Below are positions 18,580 through 27,256 of a DNA stretch of 64,000 nucleotides, in pieces. Made by a program: the position numbers and the translations under genes. The DNA comes from an uncultured archaeon (lineage in GTDB: Archaea; Asgardarchaeota; Thorarchaeia; Thorarchaeales; Thorarchaeaceae). The number at the start of each line of letters is the position of its first letter. The first letter of the stretch is position 1. Under the pieces are notes generated by a model that did not search any database, was not told where the DNA came from, and saw only the letters and a list, made by a program, of their open reading frames with translations. Where the stretch lies: the NCBI GenBank assembly GCA_964631415.1, contig CAZVZC010000001.1:80260-144259 (forward strand), given 5' to 3'.

Positions 18580-20205
18580 ATGCCCATGCTTAGAACCAGT
18601 TCAGAGGCCTTTCCAGCCTCGAAAGACATGATCAGTGAAATTCCATATGTCCTGCGTGTTGAGTTTAGAGACCTCGCACGCGACGTAACAAGAATCACAG
18701 GAATGCCAATCGCATGCCACAAATGTAACGGCTTTCTGATGAGCGTCGACCAGATTGTTGAGGACAGGAAGATCGGGAAGCACTTTGTCTGCCCCTTCTG
18801 TGGCACCTTGAATGTGATTGCAGGTGAAGTGGTCTTTGCCGGCTCAGACACGGATTTCGTCATCAAGCCAGCTCCCGACAAGACCGAAACCACTACAGTC
18901 GCGTCTGCTGGCGGTAGGTCATTCTTGGCCGTGATTGATGTATCCGGCTCAATGGCTGGGGCCAATCTGGCAGCAGTGAAGAGGAGTCTGACCACCTCTG
19001 TTGAGAGCCTAGTCGCGAACACTCCCGATACGCTCTTCGGGTTGATCGAGTTTGAGAGTTCTGTTCTGTTTCGCAATATGGAAACGGGCGAAGCCGTGCA
19101 GCTTCCAAGAGAGTCCTTTGCGAGCTTCGAGGCTATCACTGAAGCCGCACGAAAACTCATGGACAGAATCAAGCTTGTCAAGGTGGGTGGAAATGCTGGC
19201 ACTCTAAAGCGTCACATCAATGCCCTGAGAGAGCAGGGTGGGACCGCTCTTGGCCCTGCGGTAGCCATGGCGTGTATGATTGCCAAGCACCGAGGTGTAG
19301 GCAGGGTGATTCTTCTTACTGACGGACTTGCGAACGAAGGCATTGGCGCTCTTGAGGGCTACCAAGTCACTCCTGGAAACAAGTACTATGAAGACCTAGG
19401 ACGTCTGTTCAAAGACAATGGCACAGCGATCGATGTAGTTGGAATCGCCACTGGTGCAGGAATGGAGCTGAGAACACTGGGCCTGATGCCAGAGGCCACC
19501 GGTGGCCAGATGTACTATGTCACGCCAAATGAACTCGACAAGAGCCTGTCAGAGCTAGCGGGAGCATCGCTGCTCGGTCGCGATGTTCAAGTCCGACTTC
19601 TTACTCCGGTAGGCGTGAAGGTCAAGGACGCTTCAGGAATATCAAGGGCCGTTGTGGAAGAACTCAGGACGAAGAGCGAGAGCAAGATAGGGGTCGTGGG
19701 TGAGAATCACGAGCTCTATTTTGAGGTGGAGCCCGAGAGCAAGCTCAAAGCCAAGGAAGTCCCCATCCAAGTGCAGGTGGAGTACACTGACCAAGATGGG
19801 TCCAGACGGATGCGTACTTTCACCAAGAAGCTGCGGGTCACTTCAGATGAGAAGGAGCTCGTGAAGACAATGGACCCGACCATCGGCGCCACTTTCGTTG
19901 TTCAGAAGGCTGGAGAGGAGGCCCTAGGCGGCGGTCGTGCCGCCGGCATGACTCGGATTGCCAGTTTCAGGGCTGCAATGAAGGAGAAGGCCAAGGCCGC
20001 ACCGGCGCCAGTACAGGCGAAGCTGCAGAGGGCCGATGATGCGCTTGCCTCCGAAGAGGAGAACATGGAACGCCAGGAAGCAGCAGTGGGCGGTGCGCGA
20101 CCGGGGGCACCATCAGCCGCAGCCGATCAAGCAGTCACCGAGAACTTGGCCCAAATGAGAAAAGCGTCCAAGGCGCTCTTTCACGACGAAGAGGATGAGA
20201 AGTAG
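18580..20205 (+). CDS. Sec23/24-like protein: Zn-finger, vWA 'trunk', beta-barrel, then a disordered acidic tail; no gelsolin domain
   Basis: Zn-finger 'CHKCNGFL-x17-CPFCGTLN'. Trunk/MIDAS 'SFLAVIDVSGSMAG...LFGLIEFESSV...GGTALGPAV...RVILLTDG...YYEDLGRLFKDNGTAIDVVGIA...ATGGQMYYV'. Barrel 'ELYFEVEPES...IQVQVEYTDQDGSRRMRTFT'. These are colinear with the human SEC23A motifs as I remember them. Confidence 0.65.
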   Translation: MPMLRTSSEAFPASKDMISEIPYVLRVEFRDLARDVTRITGMPIACHKCNGFLMSVDQIVEDRKIGKHFVCPFCGTLNVIAGEVVFAGSDTDFVIKPAPDKTETTTVASAGGRSFLAVIDVSGSMAGANLAAVKRSLTTSVESLVANTPDTLFGLIEFESSVLFRNMETGEAVQLPRESFASFEAITEAARKLMDRIKLVKVGGNAGTLKRHINALREQGGTALGPAVAMACMIAKHRGVGRVILLTDGLANEGIGALEGYQVTPGNKYYEDLGRLFKDNGTAIDVVGIATGAGMELRTLGLMPEATGGQMYYVTPNELDKSLSELAGASLLGRDVQVRLLTPVGVKVKDASGISRAVVEELRTKSESKIGVVGENHELYFEVEPESKLKAKEVPIQVQVEYTDQDGSRRMRTFTKKLRVTSDEKELVKTMDPTIGATFVVQKAGEEALGGGRAAGMTRIASFRAAMKEKAKAAPAPVQAKLQRADDALASEEENMERQEAAVGGARPGAPSAAADQAVTENLAQMRKASKALFHDEEDEK

Positions 20206-20393
20206 ATTCCGAATGAGTCCTCTCTTTCAGAGAACCGCGCACTTCATCGCGAGATGGGTTTGTCCGGATCCGTGAGGTGTGCGGCCCCTCTTGCCAGCCA
20301 GAACATTGGCGCGGTCCGTTATCAGAATGCGCAATTGGTCCGTTGAGAAGACCCTGTTGCCACAAGTCTCAAATACCCAAGCGTGGGGTAGGA

Positions 20394-20732
20394 ATGCTAA
20401 ATGCACAATTGACAGCAGCGGGGATTCTACAGTTGGTTAGCCAAGACAAGCTCCGGTCGATTCTCTCTAAGATCAAGGCGCAAGGAGGAGTCCGAGGAGT
20501 TGTGGTCACAAATATGGAGGGCTTGCCACTTAGCAGCGATCTAGACCCCGAAACGACTGAAGCTGTCGCCGCCATCATAACCTCCCTCGTGGGCAAGGCA
20601 CTTGATGCAGTGAGAGAACTCCGAGAGGGGTCTCTGTCATTCCTGACCCTCGACACATCTAAGGGTCAGATTAACATAGCACCCGATGTGAAAGAGGGGT
20701 TAATACTAGTAGTCCTGAAGAAACCGAGCTGA
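20394..20732 (+). CDS. Roadblock/LC7 domain protein, paralogue 2
   Basis: 'VRGVVVTNMEGLPLSSDLDPETTEAVAAIITSLVGKA...LSFLTLDTSKGQINIAP...LILVVL'. Start is placed at ATG 20394. The upstream part of the tracked ORF is Cys/Pro-rich and implausible. Confidence 0.75.
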   Translation: MLNAQLTAAGILQLVSQDKLRSILSKIKAQGGVRGVVVTNMEGLPLSSDLDPETTEAVAAIITSLVGKALDAVRELREGSLSFLTLDTSKGQINIAPDVKEGLILVVLKKPS

Positions 20733-20747
20733 AAGGAGAACGATGAC

Positions 20748-21215
20748 ATGAGCGATCCAAAGGTCTTCGACAAGATCCTCACTGAGATCATCCGCCAAGA
20801 CAAGGGCATAAAGAAGGTAATCCTTGTAGACAAGACTGGGCTGACAATCGCAAATGTCAGCAAGCTCAGCTACTTCCCGATTGACACAGATTCGATAGGC
20901 GCGATTGCGAGCGCGGTGTTTTGCGCCAGCGAGGAACAGGGGAAGAACCTACAGATCGGAGAGCTTGAGATTGTTACCTCTGAGTTCTCAGAAGGTAAGA
21001 TATTCGCCTCTGCATGCGGCAAGGGTGTCCTGTGTGTTGTTTCCGAGTCCGAGGTGAACATTGGCCTCATCCGGCTCATCATGAAGAAGCAGGGTGTTCA
21101 GCTCGCAGAAGAGTTGGAGAAGTTCTTGGCAGTCGAACCCACAGCACCGTCAAAGGGCAAGGAGCTGGACGAAGAGGATCTGAAGTCTGCTCTGGCAGAG
21201 CTCGAAAAGGTATGA
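20748..21215 (+). CDS. Roadblock/LC7 domain protein, paralogue 3, with an acidic C-terminal helix
   Basis: 'IKKVILVDKTGLTIANVS...IGAIASAVFCASEEQGKNL...GKIFASACGKGVLCVVSESEVNIGLI'. It starts 15 nt after paralogue 2. Confidence 0.75.
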   Translation: MSDPKVFDKILTEIIRQDKGIKKVILVDKTGLTIANVSKLSYFPIDTDSIGAIASAVFCASEEQGKNLQIGELEIVTSEFSEGKIFASACGKGVLCVVSESEVNIGLIRLIMKKQGVQLAEELEKFLAVEPTAPSKGKELDEEDLKSALAELEKV

Positions 21216-21462
21216 GCCCGCGCTGGTCGCCGGAACTGACCTGTCAACTCAGCTCTTGTCTACTTAACGGACAAAGGCTTTTATGAGAGTACAATGTTAC
21301 CACAGCCAGTTACCCGATTTGGGATGCCCGGCTCGGGGACTGATACTTGGCTCTCAGAGCATGAGAATTGCCCGGTGGTACGTACTCTCACACTGGTGGT
21401 GTTTCTGCGCCACCATGGCAGGGACAGTCCACAAGAACAACATAGCACCGAGGTGTTGAAAC

Positions 21463-22026
21463 GTGCGCAAGGATGACAAGGGCAGGATTCATCTCAAGCT
21501 GGTTTTCTATGGCCCGAGCCTAGGCGGCAAGACGACTGCGCTACGTTGGCTGTACGGAAAGGTTGAGGGTCTCCAGAAGGGAGAGTTTACAGCAATCGAA
21601 GATGAAACAAACCGAACCCTGTTCTTTGACTACGTACCTATGAGCGCGGGAGGTCGTGTCCTCTTTGACGTGTTCACCGTCGCAGGACAGAAGCGACACA
21701 GGCATCAGAGGAAGGTTGTGCTCCAAGGGACTGACGGGATACTGTTCGTTGCGGACTCATCTCCCGACCAGCGAGAGGAGAATGTTGAGAGCTTCGAGGA
21801 ATTGAAGCTGTTCTTAGGTGATGTATTGGGCCGTGATATTCCCATTGTAGTCATGCTGAACAAGCGTGACCTGCCCAACAGGATGTCTCGTGATGAGATG
21901 CTTGATCTACTGGGACTCGGTGGCAACGTACCGATCTACGAAACCATCGCCGTTCAGGGCGTAGGAGTTAAGAGAGCCTTCCAGGCCATAGCACGGGAAG
22001 TCATCCTTAAGAGAATGTACAAGTGA
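21463..22026 (+). CDS. MglA-type small Ras-superfamily GTPase
   Basis: G1 'GPSLGGKTT', switch-I Thr in 'NRTLFFDY', G3 'FTVAGQ' (Thr in place of the Ras Asp, as in MglA), G4 'NKRD' and G5-like 'ETIAVQG'. GTG start. Confidence 0.8.
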   Translation: MRKDDKGRIHLKLVFYGPSLGGKTTALRWLYGKVEGLQKGEFTAIEDETNRTLFFDYVPMSAGGRVLFDVFTVAGQKRHRHQRKVVLQGTDGILFVADSSPDQREENVESFEELKLFLGDVLGRDIPIVVMLNKRDLPNRMSRDEMLDLLGLGGNVPIYETIAVQGVGVKRAFQAIAREVILKRMYK

Positions 22027-22036
22027 ATGCACCTAG

Positions 22037-22417
22037 GTGAGTCTGATGAGCGAGTCGCGGGGCGATACACTCGAGGGAGTCCTGAACGAGCTGCAAGGCA
22101 GTATTCCTGAGATTGAGGCCTGTGCCATAGTGAGTGTTGAGGGGCTTCCGATAGTTTCAGCCCTGCCAACCGACGTTGATGAGGCGAAGCTCGCAGCGAT
22201 AACAGCAGCGATGTTGACACTGGGTGAAAAAGCAGCGGTCGAACTGGGAAAGGGCAATCTTGAACAGGTCAATGTGAAGGGTGTCAATGGTTGGATACTT
22301 GTGATTCAGGCGGGGATGAACGCATGCCTCACAGTGTCAACCACAGCCAATGCGAAGCTTGGTCTTGTATTCCTTGACATGAAACGAGCTGCAGAGAAGG
22401 TAGCCCAACTCATCTGA
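22037..22417 (+). CDS. Roadblock/LC7 (MglB-like) domain protein, paralogue 4
   Basis: 'IEACAIVSVEGLPIVSALPTDVDEAKLAAITAAMLTLGEKA...GWILVIQAGMNACLTVSTTANAKLGLVFLDM'. It starts 10 nt after the GTPase stop. Confidence 0.8.
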   Translation: MSLMSESRGDTLEGVLNELQGSIPEIEACAIVSVEGLPIVSALPTDVDEAKLAAITAAMLTLGEKAAVELGKGNLEQVNVKGVNGWILVIQAGMNACLTVSTTANAKLGLVFLDMKRAAEKVAQLI

Positions 22418-22506
22418 TTCCTTGGACACCTCAGCATCAAGCCTATTAGGCCATCCAATCTCTCACCTCACAGACAGGTCGTCCCATAAACAGGTCGTGG
22501 TGTTCG

Positions 22507-23274
22507 TTGAACTTCGCCGGGCCGGTGTACAGGCTCTATGAATACTGGCTGTACAAGCAGCTGAGTAAAGAGAAGGCGCCTCGACATGTAGGCATAATAC
22601 TCGACGGTAATCGTCGCTATGCTCGTGAGCATGGTTTCGACGTGCCATGGATGGGGCATCACAAGGGCGCACAGAAAGTCATGGAGGTCCTGCGGATTCT
22701 CTGGGAGGCCGGTGTTAAGGTGTGCACGCTCTATGCCTTCTCAGTTGAAAACTTCCAGAGGAGCAATGAAGAGGTCAAAGAGATAATGACAATCGCCCGG
22801 AAGAAGTTCGCTGATGTCATTGGCAACCCAGATGTTCACAAGCACAAGGTCCGTATCAAGGCCATTGGTCGGGTTGACCTCTTGCCCCCAGAGGTAGCGG
22901 AGGCAATCCACAAGGCCGAGGCCGAAACTGAGAAGTACACTGATCATATCCTGAATGTCGCCATTGGATACTCGGGGAGAGCTGAGCTGGTAGATGCAGT
23001 CAGGGCCATCGGCCAGATGATCAAGGCCGGAGAGATATCTCCCTCTGATGTGGACGAGCAAGTGATTGAGAGTCACCTGTACACTAATGGAGTCCCGGAC
23101 CCGGACCTCATAATCCGAACATCCGGCGAAGAAAGGCTCTCGGGCTTCCTTCTTTGGCAGTCTGCTTATTCAGAGCTGTACTTTGCACAGGTATACTGGC
23201 CTGCAGTGAGGCGCATTGACATCTGGCGGGCCTTGCGGTCATACGAACTACGTTCTCGCAGATTCGGCAAGTGA
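22507..23274 (+). CDS. uppS: cis-prenyltransferase (undecaprenyl/di-trans,poly-cis-polyprenyl diphosphate synthase)
   Basis: 'PRHVGIILDGNRRYAREHG' and 'IRTSGEERLSGFLLWQSAYSELYF'. TTG start; there is no ATG before the catalytic motif. Confidence 0.9.
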   Translation: MNFAGPVYRLYEYWLYKQLSKEKAPRHVGIILDGNRRYAREHGFDVPWMGHHKGAQKVMEVLRILWEAGVKVCTLYAFSVENFQRSNEEVKEIMTIARKKFADVIGNPDVHKHKVRIKAIGRVDLLPPEVAEAIHKAEAETEKYTDHILNVAIGYSGRAELVDAVRAIGQMIKAGEISPSDVDEQVIESHLYTNGVPDPDLIIRTSGEERLSGFLLWQSAYSELYFAQVYWPAVRRIDIWRALRSYELRSRRFGK

Positions 23275-23412
23275 GGCATGTATCGCGCTGTAGAACCATT
23301 GTTCTGACTGCAGGAGCAATCGAATGACACAGTGTTTTATATGTCCCGAGTTACCCGGTGGCCAGATGAGACAACGCTCAGTGAGAGCTGACACGACTAA
23401 CGAAGAGAGTGC

Positions 23413-24663
23413 ATGGCTTTGGTCAGGACTCCAATCGAAGTCTACAGAGGGCTGGTCCGGACGCATCTTGGTGACGAGTTGCCAACACACCTTAGGGCTG
23501 TCACTGATCGATTCTCAGAGGGAACATTCGCTGGTCAGAGCACATCAGGCCACTTGACGAGACTCCTGACATTGTTCTGTCGGTTCATGGCATACCTTGA
23601 CTCTAGAGAAGTCGCCAACTTATCCGATCTCACTCGCGCAGTAGACTTGCTTGATTACTTCGCATCGACCTCTAAGTGGTGGTCAATAACAAGAAAGGCG
23701 CCTGGGCTAGTGCTTAGGCCGCCATCACATGACCCGCATGAATTCATGGAATCTCTTGCCGCTGTCCAGCTTGGCAACGAAACGCTTAGTCGTATCGCTG
23801 GCTCTACCGAGAAAATGTCACAGTACCTAGAAGAGCATGGCATAGCTGAGTCACGCACTAAATCCGATTTGTGTGAGAGTTTCGCCTCAGTCTGGGCGGT
23901 CATGAGCGCAATCGTTTCGAAGAGTCAGGGACGCACTGTAACCTCAGAGAACGACTTCGAAGTGGGATATGATGTGATTCGGGTGCTGTTGTTCTACAGC
24001 TCAGTCGATGACTTCAAGGCGTTGACTGCCATCCGAACTGTGGGCACGAACCCCAAGATGCATCGAGCTGCGGGCGTGTCCTTGGCACCCGGTTTCGAAC
24101 GAAAGCTGGACTCTTCGGCGATAGCTCGACTCGAACGGCTACACGGCGAGAGTCTGTCGAAGCTCGCAGGATTGACGTCGGGAGCCGGCCGTTCCATTCT
24201 CACAAACTCCCTCCGGTTTCTTGCTCAGCAGCTGGCAGTAGAGCGGGCTTTCATGAAAGTTGAGGAGCAAAGCTATGAATCTACGATAGCAGCAGCATTA
24301 GTTGCGCTCAGGAATGTCGGCATTCCATCTGGGCTCTTTCAGGAGGAGTCTGCAGTAGTCAGCCTCTTCAAGAGCCTCAAACCCTCAGATGATATCGGGG
24401 AGCGAATCGGTTTCCTGATGAGACGTTTCGAAGGCCTGATTGCTGACTCCGCAGGCAGTCGTGAGTTTCTGCTGCAGCATTCTCGGCTGGTACCTCAGCT
24501 GGTTTCATTGCTGCTACTTCTCGCTTCTGGGACTAAGCCGAAGCTTGAGGGCGGGCTCCAAGATCCCGACCTAAAGAGAGGCCTGATTCTGCTTGAGCAA
24601 CTGCTCAACGACTTGGGCTCTGTGTCTTCTTTGTCTCCTCAATCAGAATTCTCGCATCGATGA
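23413..24663 (+). CDS. Hypothetical protein, predicted all-alpha, no recognisable motif
   Basis: 416-aa ORF with coding-like composition and helix-favouring Leu/Ala/Glu/Arg-rich sequence. No catalytic, TM or metal motifs. Its 3' end overlaps acdB by 59 nt. Confidence 0.5.
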   Translation: MALVRTPIEVYRGLVRTHLGDELPTHLRAVTDRFSEGTFAGQSTSGHLTRLLTLFCRFMAYLDSREVANLSDLTRAVDLLDYFASTSKWWSITRKAPGLVLRPPSHDPHEFMESLAAVQLGNETLSRIAGSTEKMSQYLEEHGIAESRTKSDLCESFASVWAVMSAIVSKSQGRTVTSENDFEVGYDVIRVLLFYSSVDDFKALTAIRTVGTNPKMHRAAGVSLAPGFERKLDSSAIARLERLHGESLSKLAGLTSGAGRSILTNSLRFLAQQLAVERAFMKVEEQSYESTIAAALVALRNVGIPSGLFQEESAVVSLFKSLKPSDDIGERIGFLMRRFEGLIADSAGSREFLLQHSRLVPQLVSLLLLLASGTKPKLEGGLQDPDLKRGLILLEQLLNDLGSVSSLSPQSEFSHR

Positions 24664-25378
24664 CAAGTGCACCTTTGCCTTTCTCATAGACGAAAGTGGG
24701 GTTGCAGTCGAGTTCAACTATCTCTGGGTTCTCCTTCACCATCTTCGAAACTGCCAAGATCACATTGACCAGTGCGTCCACGTCTCGAGGAGGTTGACCG
24801 CGGACTCCCTCAAGGATCTTCGCCGCTTTAATCTCACTGACCATTTCACGTGCATCGGACTCTGACATCGGTATGAGTCTGAAGGTGACATCCTTCAGCA
24901 CCTCCACGAATATGCCTCCGAGCCCAAACATCAGTGCATGACCAAACTGTGGGTCTCGCGTCACTCCAATGATGACTTCAGTGCCCATATCTGCGAAGTC
25001 AGAAATTAGCACACCACGGCTGAGATCCACTTTGACTCCTTTCTCCTTGCCATACTTCATTGCATTATCCACGATTTCCTGAAACGCCGTCTTGACTTCG
25101 CCCTCGTCTTTGAGGTTGATCTTAACACCCCCAGCATCCGACTTATGGAGGATGTCCTTGGACAGCACCTTGAGGACGACAGGAAATCCAATCTTCTTGG
25201 CCTTGGAGGCCGCATCATCCGCTGTCGTTGCAGTGTCATAAGCAGGAATCGGAATACCATAGGCCCTCATGATATCCTTCGCTTCATTCTCTAAGATGTA
25301 CGTCCGACCCTCCGCCAGGGCGGCTTCAAACACCTTCTTGGCAGTTTTCATTTGCATATCAGACCTCGTCAGTTCCAA
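24605..25378 (-). CDS. acdB: ADP-forming acetyl-CoA synthetase, beta (ATP-grasp) subunit
   Basis: 'ILENEAKDIMRAYGIPIP...GFPVVLKVLSKDILHKSDAGGVKINL' is an ATP-grasp domain. It lies downstream of the alpha subunit. Confidence 0.85.
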   Translation of the reverse strand: MELTRSDMQMKTAKKVFEAALAEGRTYILENEAKDIMRAYGIPIPAYDTATTADDAASKAKKIGFPVVLKVLSKDILHKSDAGGVKINLKDEGEVKTAFQEIVDNAMKYGKEKGVKVDLSRGVLISDFADMGTEVIIGVTRDPQFGHALMFGLGGIFVEVLKDVTFRLIPMSESDAREMVSEIKAAKILEGVRGQPPRDVDALVNVILAVSKMVKENPEIVELDCNPTFVYEKGKGALVIDARILIEETKKTQSPSR

Positions 25379-25509
25379 TCGGTGGCTCGTTTCCCGTTTT
25401 ATTCTTTCTCAGTCCTGAAACGTTGGCTTTACACAGCGTAGTTTCAAGGAGTAGGGCCTCAGTGCTGTTCTTGGGATAACAAGGGCTCCATTTCTCAACT
25501 TTGTACAAC

Positions 25510-26946
25510 TCATTCTGAACGGCTGAATTTCCCGCCATATCTGATTCTCCCATACTCCGCAAGTGCGCTTGCTGCGACCGCCGCCTTCTCACCTGTTGCA
25601 TAAGTAGGCGTACCCATAAGTTCCATTATTTCTCCTGCCTTCGTAGTGAATGCACCCCCCATTGAAACAACCACGAAGGGCTTTCCAGATTGGCGCTGGT
25701 AGTTCGATATCACATTCGTCACATCCATGCCCAATGAAGGCGTCTGCAACAGCATGCCAACCACGAAAATGTCGTACTCTCCACTCTTGATTGCCTCATC
25801 GAACACCGCATCATAGCGGCCAGCGTCAGTATCGCCGACGACATCGATTGGGTTGTGCCATGAGCAATAGGACGGTAGCCGCGATTTCATTTTTTCCTCC
25901 AATTCCGGGGACGGACTTGGCACCGCCAAGCCCAAGGCCTCGAGGGCGTCTGTGGTCATAACCCCCAGCCCTCCCCCATTAGTGACCATGAGAACCCTGT
26001 TTCCTCTTGCAGGCGGTTGCATAGCAAGGGCCTTAGCCATGTCAAACATGTGCTCGAAGTTGTCTGCTCTAATCACTCCTGACTGCTTGTAAGCTGCATC
26101 AGCAATCTGGTCTAGACCTGCGAGGGCCCCTGTGTGAGAGCTGGCGGCAGCGCGTGCCCGTTTTCCCCTGCCTGACTTCACGACCAGCACTGGTTTCCGT
26201 AGTACGGTGGTTTTTGCAGTTTCGAAGAAGGTACGTCCTTTGTCTGTGTCATAGCCTTCTATGTAGAAGCAGATAACCTGTGTCGACGGATCTTCCCCTA
26301 GATAGCAGAGCAGATCATCGTCGTCCACATCACATTTGTTTCCCAGACTGATGATTTTGCTAATCCCTATCCCGAGTTCAGATGTCCAGTCAGATATGGC
26401 CGCAGCAAATGCTCCTGACTGGGATACTAGAGAAATGTTTGCTACGTTGCTGGGTTTCGGTCGTCCGCACCTGTACTCTGGCAAGAAGAACGTGTCCACA
26501 CGAGTCTGGCTGTCTATCACGCCAACGCAATTGGGACCGATTATGCGTATACCGTGTGTTTTCGCTATCGCCACAATCTCGTCCTCAATCTCTGCTCCTG
26601 CAGGACCTGTTTCCGAGAACCCGCCAGAAATCACAATTGCCGCCTTCGTGCCCTTGGCCCCAATATCCTCGAACACTCTGGGCGTGATTCTTGCCGGGAC
26701 TGCGACAACTACTAGGTCCACCGGGTCCGGAATCTCCTGCAGAGTCGGAAAGCAAGGCACGCCGAGGACGCTGGAGTACTTTGGGTTGACTGCGTAGATC
26801 TTGCCTGTGTACTGTGGCTTTATGAAGTTCTGAATGATGGCCTGACCTACACTGTTAGGAGTTGCTGAGGCCCCGTAGACAGCAACACTTCTCGCATTGA
26901 AGAAGTGGTCAATGCCGGTCGTATCTACCCCCGACAATGTCATCAC
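25510..26946 (-). CDS. acdA: ADP-forming acetyl-CoA synthetase, alpha subunit
   Basis: CoA-binding 'SVAVYGAS', 'IIGPNCVG' and the phosphohistidine loop 'SSHTGALAG'. Confidence 0.85.
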   Translation of the reverse strand: MMTLSGVDTTGIDHFFNARSVAVYGASATPNSVGQAIIQNFIKPQYTGKIYAVNPKYSSVLGVPCFPTLQEIPDPVDLVVVAVPARITPRVFEDIGAKGTKAAIVISGGFSETGPAGAEIEDEIVAIAKTHGIRIIGPNCVGVIDSQTRVDTFFLPEYRCGRPKPSNVANISLVSQSGAFAAAISDWTSELGIGISKIISLGNKCDVDDDDLLCYLGEDPSTQVICFYIEGYDTDKGRTFFETAKTTVLRKPVLVVKSGRGKRARAAASSHTGALAGLDQIADAAYKQSGVIRADNFEHMFDMAKALAMQPPARGNRVLMVTNGGGLGVMTTDALEALGLAVPSPSPELEEKMKSRLPSYCSWHNPIDVVGDTDAGRYDAVFDEAIKSGEYDIFVVGMLLQTPSLGMDVTNVISNYQRQSGKPFVVVSMGGAFTTKAGEIMELMGTPTYATGEKAAVAASALAEYGRIRYGGKFSRSE

Positions 26947-27256
26947 CCAGACAGATGTTACGTTCTCTGCGGCTGCGACAAATGTGCCTGTCAGTTATAC
27001 TTGTGGGTGCGGAAAAGCCGCCGGGGGTAGAACCATCTTGTGGTCTCTCAAACACGGCCTCAGACGGCTCTTGACCCATTCATTCTCCGAGGTGGGTCGA
27101 ACGCGCATTGTCCTCAAGGAGCTCGGCTTAGTTCCCTTTCTGGTAGGGCAGCTACTCTTGTGTCCAACTTCACTCAAGCGATAATATACTGTCAGCATTC
27201 CAAGACGCATCACAAGCCTAATAGCACATGAGAGATTTCCGACCCCGGAAAGCTCC

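Noticed and set aside
22474-22498. 9-nt direct repeat ACAGGTCGT x2 just upstream of uppS
   Set aside because: It is short, and several such repeats are expected by chance. There is no supporting context.
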